DNA of 64,000 bases from an uncultured bacterium (GCA_947085985.1 CAMTYL010000003.1:234108-298107), one strand, 5' to 3'; counted from the first letter of the stretch, positions 36,300-45,309 are shown. Numbers and translations: made by a program. Notes: generated by a model not told the origin, from the letters alone.

Positions 36300-37919
36300 A
36301 TGCTAAAGACCATGACAACGGTCAAGGAAATACTCGCCCAAATGACCAACGTGAGTGCCACTGACAAGGCACTTGTGGAAAAGGCATACGAATTTGCCAA
36401 AAAGGCGCACGAGAACCACACCCGCTATTCAGGTGAGCCTTACTTCATTCACCCCAGTGCCGTGGCCAAACACTTGGCCGAGCTCGGACTAGATGCACAA
36501 ACTGTTGCTGCTGCCCTTTTGCACGACGCTATTGAAGACACCCACGTCACCGACGAAGAGGTCTCGGCTGAATTTGGCCCTGAGGTGCTTTTTTTGGTAC
36601 AAGGGGTCACCAAGCTCGGGCAACATAAGTATCAGGGCACTGAGCGCCACGCAGAGAGTCTGAGGCGCCTTCTGGTAGCCACCGCGGCTGACGTGCGAGT
36701 ACTGATTGTGAAATTGGCCGACCGCTACCACAACATGACGACGCTTGAGCATGTACCTGCGGAGAAGCGTCGCCGCATTGCCCTTGAGACACTAGAAATT
36801 TACGCACCGCTTGCCGACCGTCTCGGCATGGGCCGTATCAGAAAGGACTTTGAGGACATGGCGTTCCCATTCATTGACGAAGATGCGTACCATCACGCCG
36901 TTGAAGTGCGCAAACTGGCCGCAAAGGAAACAGAGGCCGGACTCATCAAGGTACAGAAGGAGGTGCGTCATGCACTTGCGCGCAAAGGCATGCGAGATTT
37001 CAAGACCGGCATTCGCATGAAGGGGCTGTGGAGCTTGCACCAAAAGCTGAAGCGTAAGGGTGACGATATCACGAAGATTCACGACATTGCCGCGCTTCGT
37101 ATCATTGTGCCAACTATCCCCGACGCGTACACCGCGCTTGGCGTACTCCACTCGCTGTGGAAGCCACTGCCAGGAGAATTTAAGGACTACATTGCGGTAC
37201 CAAAGCCTTCTAGTGGCTACCAGTCGCTACACACTACGCTCGTGACTCCCGAGGCTGGAATTGTAGAAATTCAAATTCGCACCAACGAAATGCACGAGCA
37301 GGCAGAGTTTGGCATTGCGTCGCATGGCTCCTACAAAGCGCTTGGTCGCAAAGCAAAGCAGGGCTCTGTGCAAAAACTTTCCATTCCTTGGATTCGCGAC
37401 CTGCTTCCAAATCTAATGAACATGAAGCGGACGGCCGCTGAGTCGGCCTCAAACGGAAAGGCCACACCTATCCCAGGCTGGCTTACCGAGCTTGCAGACG
37501 CACATGCAAAAAATTCCGAGTCGAGCGAGTTTGTGGAGGGACTAAAGACAGATTTCTTCTCGCATCGCATTTTTGTGTTCTCTCCAAGGGGAGACGTGAT
37601 AGACCTTCCGACCGGTTCAACACCTGTAGACTTTGCCTACGCCATTCACAGTGATTTGGGTGAGCACATGCAAGGAGCAAAGATTAACGGCAAGCTAGTT
37701 TCTTTTGATACTGAACTTAGAAATGGCGACATTATTGAAATCATAAAGAGCAAAAACGCGCGCCCAACAGCAAAGTGGCACGACTACGCGCGTACAAGCA
37801 TGGCGCGCCGACACATACGAAGCTACTTGGATACGCACGCGCGACCAGAGTCCACCATTCCGGAAATAAAGCCCCTTCGTCTCACGAGAAAGAAGAATCC
37901 AAAAAAAGCGAAGGATTAA
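36300..37919 (+). CDS. rel: RelA/SpoT-homolog (p)ppGpp synthetase/hydrolase (HD + synthetase + TGS; no ACT)
   Basis: HD motif LLHDAIEDT. Synthetase RIIVPT...YQSLHT. TGS FVFSPRGDVIDLPTGSTPVDFAY. Confidence 0.85.
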   Translation: MLKTMTTVKEILAQMTNVSATDKALVEKAYEFAKKAHENHTRYSGEPYFIHPSAVAKHLAELGLDAQTVAAALLHDAIEDTHVTDEEVSAEFGPEVLFLVQGVTKLGQHKYQGTERHAESLRRLLVATAADVRVLIVKLADRYHNMTTLEHVPAEKRRRIALETLEIYAPLADRLGMGRIRKDFEDMAFPFIDEDAYHHAVEVRKLAAKETEAGLIKVQKEVRHALARKGMRDFKTGIRMKGLWSLHQKLKRKGDDITKIHDIAALRIIVPTIPDAYTALGVLHSLWKPLPGEFKDYIAVPKPSSGYQSLHTTLVTPEAGIVEIQIRTNEMHEQAEFGIASHGSYKALGRKAKQGSVQKLSIPWIRDLLPNLMNMKRTAAESASNGKATPIPGWLTELADAHAKNSESSEFVEGLKTDFFSHRIFVFSPRGDVIDLPTGSTPVDFAYAIHSDLGEHMQGAKINGKLVSFDTELRNGDIIEIIKSKNARPTAKWHDYARTSMARRHIRSYLDTHARPESTIPEIKPLRLTRKKNPKKAKD

Positions 37920-37967
37920 ATGTGACGCGACCCCGAGCGCTCTGCGCTCGGGGTCTTGCTGCGATAA

Positions 37968-38258
37968 TCAGCGAAAGCTGTTGATGAGTGTAGCCAGAGT
38001 AGCAATTCTGAGAGAATACTCAGGCTTCCCTACCCCCAACTTCGAATCTCCAGATTCAGCAATGAGAAATGCGACTCCTCCTTGCTGAGCAGGCGAAATT
38101 ATCGCGTTCTCGTTCACGAGTGTCATGATCTCCTTCAGGATCTGAGCCTTGTGCGAAAAATGCGCTTCGTCTGGGCGTCTGCGGTGCTCCTCTACTATCC
38201 GAAGATACGAGTCACGTAGCTCCTGAAGCCACCCCTTGGCACTCCTGGAAGTATTCAT
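37968..38258 (-). CDS. hypothetical protein downstream of parB (96 aa)
   Basis: Intact ORF co-directional with parB. No recognised motif. Confidence 0.35.
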   Translation of the reverse strand: MNTSRSAKGWLQELRDSYLRIVEEHRRRPDEAHFSHKAQILKEIMTLVNENAIISPAQQGGVAFLIAESGDSKLGVGKPEYSLRIATLATLINSFR

Positions 38259-38311
38259 TTCCGTCCCTCGCTGTTTTTAGTCCCACTGGACTATAACAGA
38301 AGTAAAAAGAA

Positions 38312-39358
38312 TTAAACAGTAAAGCTGGAAACAGAGTAAATATCCTCCTCTGGCTCCTTTTCCTTTTTCTCTTCAGCTACTACTACTGGAGCAGGCGCTA
38401 CTGGTTCTACCTGTGTAGTGTTTGGAAAAAGATACGGGACCACTGCCACGTCATTCTCGCCCGCGGCTGGGGCCTCCTTCTCTGCCAACAGCTGTGCCTC
38501 GCGTGTCGCAAGAATATTTGCGATGTTCGCAAGGTCTTCAGAAGAAAAGAATTCAATAAGAACACGCCCGCCATTTGGACGATTTTCAATCAACACGCGT
38601 GTGCCAAGAGTCTCGGTGAGGCTCTTCTCTAGTTCCATCATTTCCATGGTCTTGTCGTGCTTGCGGATGCGGTCGGTAGCGATGCGGCGAGCCATTTGTT
38701 CAACCATGCGCACACTTGTCTTCTTGAGCATGATTTCTCTAAACAATGTCTGCATCTCCTCCTTGCGATCCTGGAGCATCAAGAGTGCGCGTGCGTGCCC
38801 TTCGGTAATCTCTTTTGCTACCACTGCGTTCTGAATTTCTTCAGGAAGCAAAAGGAGGCGGATTGAGTTGGTGATGTATTCGCGACTGCGGCCCACCTTT
38901 GCTCCAACTTCAGCGTGCGAGAGTCCGAATGTCTCCACCAGTTGCGCGAGTGCCTTAGCGCGATCAATAGAGTTTAGGTCCTCGCGCTGCAAGTTCTCAA
39001 TGATGGCGAGCTCAAGCTTCATCTTGTCAGTCTGCTCGCCCGCACGGATAACTACAGGCACTTCTTTTAGACCGATTAATTTTGAAGCACGGAAACGGCG
39101 CTCACCCGCAATGAGTTCGTACGAGGCTTGAAGGCCGCCACCCGGTAGCTCGCGCTCGGTGCGTGTGACCACCAGCGGTTGCAGCACACCGTACTGACGA
39201 ATGCTTTCAGCCAGTGCCTTCAAGCGCTCTTCATCAAATTCTTTACGTGGTTGGTATGGGTTAGGTGAAATGCGTTCTACCTCTACCCAGTACACCGAGT
39301 CGTACTTGGTTGGCTCGGTATATTTAGATGCAAGCTTGTCGCCGCCAAACGGATTCAT
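38312..39358 (-). CDS. parB: ParB/Spo0J chromosome partitioning protein
   Basis: ParB box GERRFRASKL. HTH GLSHAEVGAKVGRSREYITNSIRLL. Confidence 0.85.
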   Translation of the reverse strand: MNPFGGDKLASKYTEPTKYDSVYWVEVERISPNPYQPRKEFDEERLKALAESIRQYGVLQPLVVTRTERELPGGGLQASYELIAGERRFRASKLIGLKEVPVVIRAGEQTDKMKLELAIIENLQREDLNSIDRAKALAQLVETFGLSHAEVGAKVGRSREYITNSIRLLLLPEEIQNAVVAKEITEGHARALLMLQDRKEEMQTLFREIMLKKTSVRMVEQMARRIATDRIRKHDKTMEMMELEKSLTETLGTRVLIENRPNGGRVLIEFFSSEDLANIANILATREAQLLAEKEAPAAGENDVAVVPYLFPNTTQVEPVAPAPVVVAEEKKEKEPEEDIYSVSSFTV

Positions 39359-39463
39359 GTATGCATTCTATCACTACGTACCCGCATCACACAGAAGGAG
39401 CGGTGGTGAAAAAAGAACCCGATAGTGGTATGGTTACCCCTAGTGAAGAAGACATTCACTGAT

Positions 39464-39550
39464 GCCGCGGTGATGAAATTGGTAGACATAGGGGTCTCAA
39501 AATCCCCTGCTGGCAACGGCGTGCGGGTTCGAGTCCCGCCTGCGGCACCC
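39464..39550 (+). tRNA. tRNA-Leu (anticodon CAA), long variable arm
   Basis: GCCGCGG-TG-ATGAAATTGGTAGACAT-AGGGGT-CTCAAAA-TCCCC-TGCTGGCAACGGCGT-GCGGG-TTCGAGT-CCCGC-CTGCGGC-A-CC. Confidence 0.8.
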
Positions 39551-40129
39551 ATAGACACTGCTCTCGCACCAGTACTCGCCTACATAGTCGGTGTTGCCTT
39601 AGGAGACGGGAATCTATCCTGCCCAAACGGCAGAGCCACGCGACTTCGCATAACTTGCGATACTAGATATCCAGAAGTAGCTGATGAGATTATCAAGAGT
39701 CTTAACCAGCTTTTCCCACATAACAAGGTTTCCAGGGTTAAGCCTCGAGGAGGTTGTTTTGATATCAGCGTTTACTCAAACAAACTGAATGACTGGATCC
39801 CATGGCGTGTTGGGCATGGCTCCAAAATTGTTCAGTGCGTAACTGTACCCGAGTGGATACTTTTGAATGAAGAGTATTCAAAGCATTGTCTTCGTGGACT
39901 AATTCAGACAGACGGATGCGTGTATGTAGATAGGGGCTACAGAATGGTGAATTTTACGAACAATTCAAAAGAGCTGGCGCAAAGTGTTCATGAGCTGCTA
40001 ACGCAATTGAAGTACCGCCCTCGCCTCATCTGTGTCAGTAACGGGGGCTTTAGAAAGTACACGACACGAGTGGCCAGGAAAGTTGAGGTTGAGCGGCTTA
40101 TACAAGATACAGGACTCTACAAATCGTAA
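39551..40129 (+). CDS. LAGLIDADG homing endonuclease (two motifs). Reading frame is open through the upstream tRNA-Leu(CAA) back to GTG 39425; no canonical start between tRNA end and motif 1
   Basis: Motif 1 LAYIVGVALGDGNL. Motif 2 LRGLIQTDGCVYV. In-frame codons from 39551 (ATA GAC ACT...) lack ATG/GTG/TTG until after motif 1. Confidence 0.6.
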   Translation: MDTALAPVLAYIVGVALGDGNLSCPNGRATRLRITCDTRYPEVADEIIKSLNQLFPHNKVSRVKPRGGCFDISVYSNKLNDWIPWRVGHGSKIVQCVTVPEWILLNEEYSKHCLRGLIQTDGCVYVDRGYRMVNFTNNSKELAQSVHELLTQLKYRPRLICVSNGGFRKYTTRVARKVEVERLIQDTGLYKS

Positions 40130-40169
40130 TGGGTGTGTATGGACAGGACGTAACAAGTTTCGGCGACCC

Positions 40170-40203
40170 TGCAAAGGGTCGCCGAAACTTTTTCACTATG
40201 GTA
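40170..40203 (+). terminator. rho-independent terminator after the LAGLIDADG ORF
   Basis: TCGGCGACCC-tgcaa-AGGGTCGCCGA then AACTTTTTC. Confidence 0.6.
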
Positions 40204-40428
40204 TCCTCGTACTTCCCGCAACGATAGTAAACAGGAATCCCCGATGCCGTTTGGAGTGCTTAATCTGTTCTTCCCCGTTGTAGTTTCCGCTCTGTTTGCG
40301 CCCGCGACTTCTACCCGTCGCGACGACGGCGCCGACACCGACAAGCCGCCTCTTGTGGGCGGCGAAGATTTTGCCCAGTGGGGTGCGCCCGAACGCGCAC
40401 GTTGTCACGGCTAAAGCCACAACGGGAA

Positions 40429-40459
40429 GGGCCCGGCGCAGAAGCGCCGGGCCCTTTTC
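40429..40459 (+). terminator. rho-independent terminator with no annotated upstream CDS (possible ncRNA end)
   Basis: GGCCCGGCGC-agaa-GCGCCGGGCC then CTTTTCA. Confidence 0.5.
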
Positions 40460-40601
40460 AATATCCTCTGTTGAATTTCCGTGCGAGAAAATTGCTTTAG
40501 CTGCTAGGCACGGAGAGGCGAGGAGCGAGCCGTACATGCGAGTACGGTGAGCGACTCGCAGAGGCTCCGTAACAACGCAGATAAGGAAATTTTGTCGTGC
40601 G

Positions 40602-41264
40602 CTATATCTTGCCAACAAGATCCATCCCCGGCTCTAGCGTATCCCCTCCTGGCTCCCACGCTGCCGGACACACCTGCCCCGAGTGCGTGTCGACAAACTG
40701 CGCTGCTTGTAGTTTGCGCAGTGTCTCTTTTGCAGAACGACCAATGCCATTGTCATGCACCTCCATAGTTTTGAGTACTCCCTTCGGGTCAATGATGAAC
40801 GTGCCGCGAAGCGCGAGACCTTCGTCTGGAGTGAGCATGGTGTCACCACCCTGAATGAGTACCCCGAATGCATCTGCAACCTTTCCTGTTGGATCTGCTC
40901 CCATAGGGAACTCAATCTTCTTGATTGCCTCTGACGTATCGTGCCATGCCTTGTGCACAAATACGGTGTCGGTTGAGAACGACACTACTTCTGCACCAAG
41001 CTCCGTAAACTTCGCGTAGAGGCCCGCCATTTCTTCAAGCTCTGTTGGGCATACAAACGTAAAGTCTGCCGGGTAGAACATGACGATAAGCCACTTGCCA
41101 CGGAAGTCTGAGAACTTCATTGGCTTCACTTCGTTGTTCTGAAACGCCTCAAACTCGTAGTCAGGGATCGTTTCTCCGATACGTATTGAAGAGGAGTACT
41201 CTCGGTACGAATCGTGGAAATCGCCACAGTGCTCACAGTAATTGCTCTTTTGTTCAGTAGTCAT
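40602..41264 (-). CDS. peroxiredoxin (AhpC/TSA, 2-Cys type) with short Cys-containing N-terminal extension
   Basis: Peroxidatic Cys FTFVCPTE. Resolving Cys VCPAAW. N-terminal CEHCGD. Confidence 0.85.
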   Translation of the reverse strand: MTTEQKSNYCEHCGDFHDSYREYSSSIRIGETIPDYEFEAFQNNEVKPMKFSDFRGKWLIVMFYPADFTFVCPTELEEMAGLYAKFTELGAEVVSFSTDTVFVHKAWHDTSEAIKKIEFPMGADPTGKVADAFGVLIQGGDTMLTPDEGLALRGTFIIDPKGVLKTMEVHDNGIGRSAKETLRKLQAAQFVDTHSGQVCPAAWEPGGDTLEPGMDLVGKI

Positions 41265-42152
41265 ATGCGTTTTCCGTTATGTGAAGGTCATGATAGCATC
41301 CCAAGTATTGTGAAGCACCTGGATAACGCTCTCCCGCTACTGTGCGTTGTGGGGCCCACTGCCTCGGGCAAATCTGCGCGCGCGGTAGCGCTCGCAAAAG
41401 AGCTGGACGGTGAGGTCATTTCCGTAGATTCTCGCCAGGTGTATCGGATGCTTGATATCGGCACCGAGAAGACAACCGTGGAAGAAATGGACGGCATTAC
41501 TCACCACCTCATAGATATTCTTGACCCGCGGGAATCCTACAGCGCGGCTGACTTCGTGCGCGACGCAGAGCGCCTGATCGTTGACATTGAAGCGCGTGGC
41601 AAGCGCCCCATACTAGCAGGAGGCACGCACTTCTATTTTGAAGCGCTCATATACGGACTGCCAGAAACGAGTGCCCCCGACCCCACTGCAAGGCTCGCAC
41701 TTGAAGCACTCCCGACAGAGGAACTTGTGTCTCGTCTTAAACACAGCGACCCGCGACGAGCGGAGCGCGTTGACCCTCAGAATCGCCGTCGCCTTATCCG
41801 TGCGCTTGAAATAGTGGCCGAGCATGGTCACGTGCCAGAGCGCAACACCGAGACGCCACTGCGAGACGTAGAGTGGGTAGTTATTAACCCCGAGCGCGAC
41901 GTACTGCGCGAGCGTATCACCAGCCGTCTTGAGTCAGCATTTGCTCGCGGACTCATAGAAGAGGTGCGCGGCGTCCGAGACTATGTGGGCGACACTCGTT
42001 TGAACGAACTAGGGCTTGAATATCGCGTCATCGGCGAGTTTCTGCGTGGCGAACGCGAGGAAGATACGCTTCTATCTACCCTCTCAACAAAGCTCTGGCA
42101 CTACGCGCGCCATCAAAAGGCATGGCTGCGCAAACTAGCTGCCACCACTTAG
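41265..42152 (+). CDS. miaA: tRNA dimethylallyltransferase
   Basis: P-loop VVGPTASGKS. DSRQVYRMLDIGTEK. THFYFEAL. Longest ORF from 41214 would overlap the divergent peroxiredoxin start; ATG at 41265 used. Confidence 0.8.
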   Translation: MRFPLCEGHDSIPSIVKHLDNALPLLCVVGPTASGKSARAVALAKELDGEVISVDSRQVYRMLDIGTEKTTVEEMDGITHHLIDILDPRESYSAADFVRDAERLIVDIEARGKRPILAGGTHFYFEALIYGLPETSAPDPTARLALEALPTEELVSRLKHSDPRRAERVDPQNRRRLIRALEIVAEHGHVPERNTETPLRDVEWVVINPERDVLRERITSRLESAFARGLIEEVRGVRDYVGDTRLNELGLEYRVIGEFLRGEREEDTLLSTLSTKLWHYARHQKAWLRKLAATT

Positions 42153-43126
42153 CGACCTGTTGGAGACCAGTGCAATGGATCGGTTGGTAGCGCATTTCTG
42201 AAGCCCCACTTACTACCATTCGCCTTAAGCCAGTTGTAAGTTTTGGTATTACATCCAGACTGGCCATTCTTACACCCAACGGATATATCTATGGCGACTC
42301 CGGAATTGTGATTGGAACCGTTACCTCCCTTTGAACAAGGAATCGCAGCCTTTCCTGACCCAAGTCTGCTCCAAATCGCCACCTGCTGTGCTTCGGAACG
42401 ATACGCGCTAGTGACTTTCAATGTCACTCCTTCCTTGCGCGCAGCTTCGTGCATTGCCATAAAGTTCTTTACGGTGGCTGGTGTCGCTTTTCGTGCCTCA
42501 CCACCGGTGACTGACGTTGGAAATGCCACCATGCTTGACTCGGGCGCGGCCGGACAGTTCTTTCCACCGACGGCTGGATTTACGGGAGTATCATTATCCC
42601 AAGATTCGCTGAGCATAAGTTCACCGGCGGTGATTTTTCCGGAAAACAGAGAGTCCATGTTGTCAGTCTTTCGCACACACGCAGAACCACTGCCCAAAAT
42701 GCTGTTCCATGGACCCCAACTCGCATCACTCGGGTTGTACAGCGTCTTCATGACAAAGTCCACAATCAGCCATGCGGATAGCGTGATGAGTAGGCCAATA
42801 GCAGCATTGCCGAGCATCTTTCTCGCTGTGCTCTTTGCTTCAGGATTCACTGCGGATGTGATGAGAAGGAACCCTGCCCACGCCATAATTATGACAAAAA
42901 AGAGCACGCCAAGCGCAATGGCAACGCCAAGCAAATTTTGTACGACATGCATCATTGCACCAAAGGAAAGCGGGTCCCCTTTGTTACAAGTTGGATCCAA
43001 GTCGCTTGCGTCCGGAATGATGTGGAATCCGCTCCCAAGAGTCGGTATTCCTTGTGCTTGAGCAAACACCGGAGCAATCAGTCCTACAAGAAGCGTGAGC
43101 GTGAGAATTGGAATGAATAGTTTCAT
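42149..43126 (-). CDS. fusion protein: signal peptide + pilin-like two-helix membrane module + C-terminal M15/VanY-type D-Ala-D-Ala carboxypeptidase domain
   Basis: N-module GAMMHVVQNLLGVAIALGVLFFVIIMAWAGFLLITSAVNPEAKSTARKMLGNAAIGLLITLSAWLIVDFVMKTLY. Peptidase motifs SAYRSEAQQ, HNSGVAIDI, WGFRN...DPLHWS. Longest ORF to 43186. Confidence 0.65.
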   Translation of the reverse strand: MKLFIPILTLTLLVGLIAPVFAQAQGIPTLGSGFHIIPDASDLDPTCNKGDPLSFGAMMHVVQNLLGVAIALGVLFFVIIMAWAGFLLITSAVNPEAKSTARKMLGNAAIGLLITLSAWLIVDFVMKTLYNPSDASWGPWNSILGSGSACVRKTDNMDSLFSGKITAGELMLSESWDNDTPVNPAVGGKNCPAAPESSMVAFPTSVTGGEARKATPATVKNFMAMHEAARKEGVTLKVTSAYRSEAQQVAIWSRLGSGKAAIPCSKGGNGSNHNSGVAIDISVGCKNGQSGCNTKTYNWLKANGSKWGFRNALPTDPLHWSPTGR

Positions 43127-43130
43127 ATAA

Positions 43131-43661
43131 CTATGGCAAAGGCTCTGCACCAGGACAGAAGCTGAGACCAAGGTCGTAGCCCCCATAGGTGTCGGAAAGT
43201 CCCGGCGTAGTACGTACCGATACTGCCAGCTTACAAAGCTCTGGTTCAGTCATTTCTAGTTTTGCCTTCATGGCAGCTTCTGCGCGACGACGCACTTCAC
43301 CCAGTGGCTCTGACTGTATGTTTACCAAAAATTCGCCCAGACCCGCGGCAGCGTCTGGAGGGAAGTACAGAATAATGTACGCATCTTCGTCAGAGCCCGC
43401 AAAAAGATACCCGGAGGCTACCCCAGCCCAATCTGGCTGATTCTCCTTTGTAAAATCCCGAGCCTGCACGGTAGAGCCGTCACGCAGTGAGAGTGTGAGT
43501 GTCTTTGATGCTACTGAGGCAGTGCCACCCGTAAACCCAAACGGGCTTGTGGTTGGCTCACTCGGTATTGGCTTGCCTTGTGAGAGAAATAAGAACAGAC
43601 CTGCACCAATTATTGCGACTACTACTAGCACCCCCGCGCAAGCAATCAAGACGTACTTCAT
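43131..43661 (-). CDS. hypothetical membrane-anchored protein (176 aa)
   Basis: N-terminal TM YVLIACAGVLVVVAIIGAGLFLFL, then a Thr/Ser-rich extracytoplasmic domain. Confidence 0.45.
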   Translation of the reverse strand: MKYVLIACAGVLVVVAIIGAGLFLFLSQGKPIPSEPTTSPFGFTGGTASVASKTLTLSLRDGSTVQARDFTKENQPDWAGVASGYLFAGSDEDAYIILYFPPDAAAGLGEFLVNIQSEPLGEVRRRAEAAMKAKLEMTEPELCKLAVSVRTTPGLSDTYGGYDLGLSFCPGAEPLP

Positions 43662-43683
43662 AGAAAAATAGTATCACGCATAC

Positions 43684-44751
43684 TTACTTACCTGCTTCAC
43701 AACCTTTTACATTGCGGATCGGCGTAACCTGACAGCGACTTGCCGAACATGCCCAGTCACTAAAATCCATATTCTTGTCCATTGCACAAGCAGCTGCCGT
43801 GCTTACGGCTGGATCCTTTGCGGCCTCGACACATGCACTGTATAGGGCCTTTGCCTCACTCGTATTCTTTATTTCAGAATTACACCAGCCTGGATGGTTG
43901 GCCTGGTCAGTGTAGTTTCCCTTCATACACGGCCGCGTAAAGGCATCTGGGCACTTCAGTGTCTTGCCGTCCTTCTTAAGCTCATGCACCGTAAGGTTTA
44001 TCTGCCACAAACCAACCGAATACGATGGACCTTTTCCATTATTCAACTTGTCGCTCCCGCTTACAACACGAGTGTTACCGCCAGCGCTTTCCATATTGCA
44101 TATAATTGCCGCGTCTGAAGCTCGCTTAGCAAAGCATGTCTTTTGCATACTAGTCACGCTGCACGGATTACTTTGCGTGACGGGCGGTTGACACTTCGGG
44201 CCAGCGGAAATGCCACTGGTTCCCGAAGAGCCACCTTCATAGGAGGATGTGGTGAGCTGGCCCGCAGTGATTGGCGCATCAAAAAGAGCTTTCATATTCG
44301 TCGTCTTTTGCACGCAGGTATCTCCACCCGTCAAAATTGAGTTCCAAGGGCCGAACTTTCCCTGTTGACCGTCAGGTCCGCTATACAAGGCCTTCATCAC
44401 AAAATCAACAATGAGCCACGCAGAGCACACAATCAGAAATCCAATCACCGCATTGATGAGCATCTTGCGCGCCGTACTCTTTGCCTCAGGATTAAACGGA
44501 GACATGATGAGAATGAATCCTGCCCACGCCATAATCACCACTGCAAAGAGTATGCCCACTGAGATGCCCGCGTTTATGAGGTTCTGGGCTATGCCCATTA
44601 CCCCCTCAAACCCGCACGGACAAGAGCGGCAGGCCTCTGGCACCAAGCTCCACCCGGAAGAGAAGAGTGGCATGTCCTGCGCACGGGATACAAGCGGGAC
44701 AGCAAGCAGCATTGCTGCCGAAATAATTGGAGTCGCCCGGACTAACTTCAT
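43684..44751 (-). CDS. fusion protein: signal peptide + pilin-like two-helix membrane module (paralog of 42149-43126 N-module) + VirB1/Slt-like lytic transglycosylase domain, Cys-rich
   Basis: N-module MGIAQNLINAGISVGILFAVVIMAWAGFILIMSPFNPEAKSTARKMLINAVIGFLIVCSAWLIVDFVMKALY. ESAGGNTRVV...YSVGLWQIN (catalytic E-S and GLxQIN motif of GH23/VirB1-type transglycosylases). Confidence 0.55.
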   Translation of the reverse strand: MKLVRATPIISAAMLLAVPLVSRAQDMPLFSSGWSLVPEACRSCPCGFEGVMGIAQNLINAGISVGILFAVVIMAWAGFILIMSPFNPEAKSTARKMLINAVIGFLIVCSAWLIVDFVMKALYSGPDGQQGKFGPWNSILTGGDTCVQKTTNMKALFDAPITAGQLTTSSYEGGSSGTSGISAGPKCQPPVTQSNPCSVTSMQKTCFAKRASDAAIICNMESAGGNTRVVSGSDKLNNGKGPSYSVGLWQINLTVHELKKDGKTLKCPDAFTRPCMKGNYTDQANHPGWCNSEIKNTSEAKALYSACVEAAKDPAVSTAAACAMDKNMDFSDWACSASRCQVTPIRNVKGCEAGK

Positions 44752-44833
44752 GTAAGCATTGTAGCCTGCAAATCGGGCGCGTGGCTGCGCTTTTCCCCGC
44801 CCCGGTTCTCTGGTATCGTGAGTCTGTCACCAC

Positions 44834-44907
44834 GGGTCCATAGTTTAGTGGTAGAACATCGGTCTCCAAAACCGATAGTGTAGGTTCGATTCCTACTGGG
44901 CCCGCCA
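44834..44907 (+). tRNA. tRNA-Trp (anticodon CCA)
   Basis: GGGTCCA-TA-GTTTAGTGGTAGAACA-TCGGT-CTCCAAA-ACCGA-TAGTG-TAGGT-TCGATTC-CTAC-TGGGCCC-G-CCA. Confidence 0.85.
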
Positions 44908-44912
44908 AGAAG

Positions 44913-44934
44913 AACCCCGAAAGGGGTTTTCTTC
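44913..44934 (+). terminator. rho-independent terminator after tRNA-Trp
   Basis: AACCCC-gaaa-GGGGTT followed by TTCTTC. Confidence 0.55.
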
Positions 44935-44968
44935 GTGGCGGGCCCAAGCAAACGTGGGACGTTTGCGC

Positions 44969-45304
44969 GTAGGAATCGAAGATGTTGCGAGCATATTTCG
45001 TAAGCGAAGCGGACTGAAATATCCGCAACGTGTACAGAAACTGTAAGTTTCGAAAGCGAAGCGTTTCCTACTGGACTTAGGAATCGAAGCGCGGAGCCGT
45101 GACGACGGCGAGCGGGGGTCGCGGAATTTTGCAGCAGGAAAATATCTGTGACCGATGCGTGAGCAAATTCTCTTACGAGCACAGCGAGTTTAGAGATATA
45201 AGGAGCTGCGCGACTATATATCTATTATTTGTCTATTTAGAGAATGCGAACTTCCTACTGGTCTTAGATCCCGGGCGAAAGTGGTACTCCACGGTTCCTA
45301 CTGA
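44969..45304. repeat. cluster of tRNA-Trp-derived fragments: inverted T-arm copies GTAGGAATCGAAG (44969-44981, 45076-45087) and direct 3'-end copies TTCCTACTGG/A (45063-45072, 45252-45261, 45295-45304)
   Basis: Exact 10-13-nt matches to the tRNA-Trp T-loop/acceptor TTCGATTCCTACTGG, in both orientations, within a 400-bp noncoding trailer. Confidence 0.7.
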
Positions 45305-45309
45305 GCCCC

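Noticed and set aside
40204-40459. Checked this spacer for RNase P RNA or SRP RNA
   Set aside because: Conserved motifs (GGAAAGUCCGGGCUCC for RNase P; GGAAGCAGCCA domain IV of SRP) are not present. Left only as a generic ncRNA candidate.
40196-40618. 140-aa minus-strand ORF and 84-aa plus-strand ORF in the 40.2-40.6 kb region
   Set aside because: Span two plus-strand terminators. Composition Arg/Ala-rich with no motif. More plausibly a noncoding GC-rich spacer (possibly an ncRNA).
41214-41264. Apparent 51-bp overlap of miaA (longest ORF) with the divergent peroxiredoxin start
   Set aside because: An in-frame ATG at 41265 gives a normal MiaA N-terminus and abuts the peroxiredoxin start without overlap. 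The longer ORF is an artefact of longest-ORF calling.
44606-45182. Two overlapping minus-strand ORFs (140 and 144 aa) downstream of tRNA-Trp
   Set aside because: They lie across tRNA-derived repeats and a terminator. No coding signature. Interpreted as noncoding trailer.
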